Of a DNA stretch of 64,000 nt, positions 63,577 through 64,000 are shown one piece after another. Numbering within the stretch: the stretch's first letter is position 1; each line of letters starts with the position of its first letter. The DNA comes from Acidimicrobiia bacterium (lineage in GTDB: Bacteria > Actinomycetota > Acidimicrobiia > IMCC26256 > PALSA-555). The notes under the pieces are model-generated. The model saw only the letters and a program-made list of their open reading frames with translations. It was not told the origin of the DNA and did not search any database. The translations under genes were made by a program, and so were the position numbers. The stretch covers positions 1,252 to 65,251 of the forward strand of contig DASUAO010000014.1 in NCBI GenBank assembly GCA_035763745.1, written 5' to 3'.

Positions 63577-64000
63577 TCAGCCACCCGTGCCGAGCGTCTC
63601 GACGAAGAAGTCGCGCGCCGCGCCGCTCGCCTGCTCGAACCCCGCGCCCTCGTACACGACGAAGTGGTCCCCCACCACCAGCTCGAGCCGCTTCGGCTCG
63701 GCTGCACGCTCGAACGCAGCGAGGGCGAGTGCGGCGTCGGCAACCCGGTCCTCGGTCGCCACGATCATGAGCATCGGCGCGGCCCCGTGGGCTGCTGCCA
63801 GCGTCGGCTCGAACGGCGCCGGCGCACCGTCGAGGACGAGGGTGACCTCGTTCTCCCAGCTGGGGGCATCACCGGCGGCGCGCTGGAACCACGCCCAGGA
63901 CTCGGGTTGCGGGAGTCGTAGACCAGCACCGCGAGCCCGGCAGCCGCGAACACGGCGGCGAAGCGGTCGAGCGCCATCTCCTTGACGGCGGAGAACCCGT
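63577..64000 (-). pseudogene. alpha/beta hydrolase remnant (frameshift plus missing catalytic core; N-terminus beyond the right edge)
   Basis: Hand translation: one frame gives ...GFSAVKEMALDRFAAVFAAAGLAVLVYDSRN (an early hydrolase strand). From about 63905 a different frame continues PQPESWAWFQRAAGDAPSWENEVTLVLDGAPAPFEPTLAAAHGAAPMLMIVATEDRVADAALALAAFERAAEPKRLELVVGDHFVVYEGAGFEQASGAARDFFVETLGTGG*. Only about 45 codons separate the two blocks and there is no G-x-S-x-G elbow. Confidence 0.55.

Noticed and set aside
1-64000. Searched by eye for tRNA/rRNA genes, CRISPR repeat-spacer periodicity, transposase/integrase/recombinase genes, phage genes and known defence-system genes.
   Set aside because: Found none. 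The only mobile-looking signals are the DUF559 insertion-like locus and the hairpin repeat block, both reported separately. A tRNAscan/Infernal/PADLOC run would be the decisive confirmation.

Overview
Very GC-rich (above 70% by eye), gene-dense chromosomal segment that looks actinobacterial. I call 65 protein-coding genes or remnants and found no tRNA, rRNA, CRISPR array, transposase or integrase. Most long ORFs in the track are antisense or out-of-frame shadows of real genes; I chose real genes by recognisable family motifs, high third-position GC, Shine-Dalgarno placement and 4-nt start/stop overlaps. The content is a lipid/xenobiotic catabolic island: 6 AMP-forming acyl-CoA ligases, 4 acyl-CoA dehydrogenase (ACAD) loci including a 730-aa tandem fusion and a split alpha/beta pair, a thiolase, a hotdog hydratase, a carboxyltransferase, 5 SDRs, 4 luciferase-like (LLM) oxidoreductases, 3 amidohydrolases, 2 aldehyde dehydrogenases and a glutamine-synthetase-like/PuuD-like gamma-glutamylation module. 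Accessory genes include LysM and lytic transglycosylase wall proteins, a cupredoxin lipoprotein, OsmC, Ppx/GppA, an MFS exporter, NUDIX and a PLP decarboxylase. The signals that gene calls do not explain are: (1) a 16-bp palindrome CTGACR-N4-YGTCAG, with 5 perfect and 2 near copies, always at gene boundaries and mostly next to the acyl-CoA ligase operons; (2) two KstR-type TnnAACnnGTTnnA boxes bracketing an NTF2-like/LLM unit, one inside the only AT-rich patch of the window; (3) a 104-bp block of related hairpin repeats between convergent genes; (4) a lower-GC AbiEi/DUF559 gene bracketed by a 10-bp direct repeat; (5) three decayed or odd genes: a frameshifted secreted protein, an alpha/beta hydrolase remnant, and an IMPase-family gene with no canonical start codon. 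All functions are inferred from motifs I recognise by eye. No database search was run.
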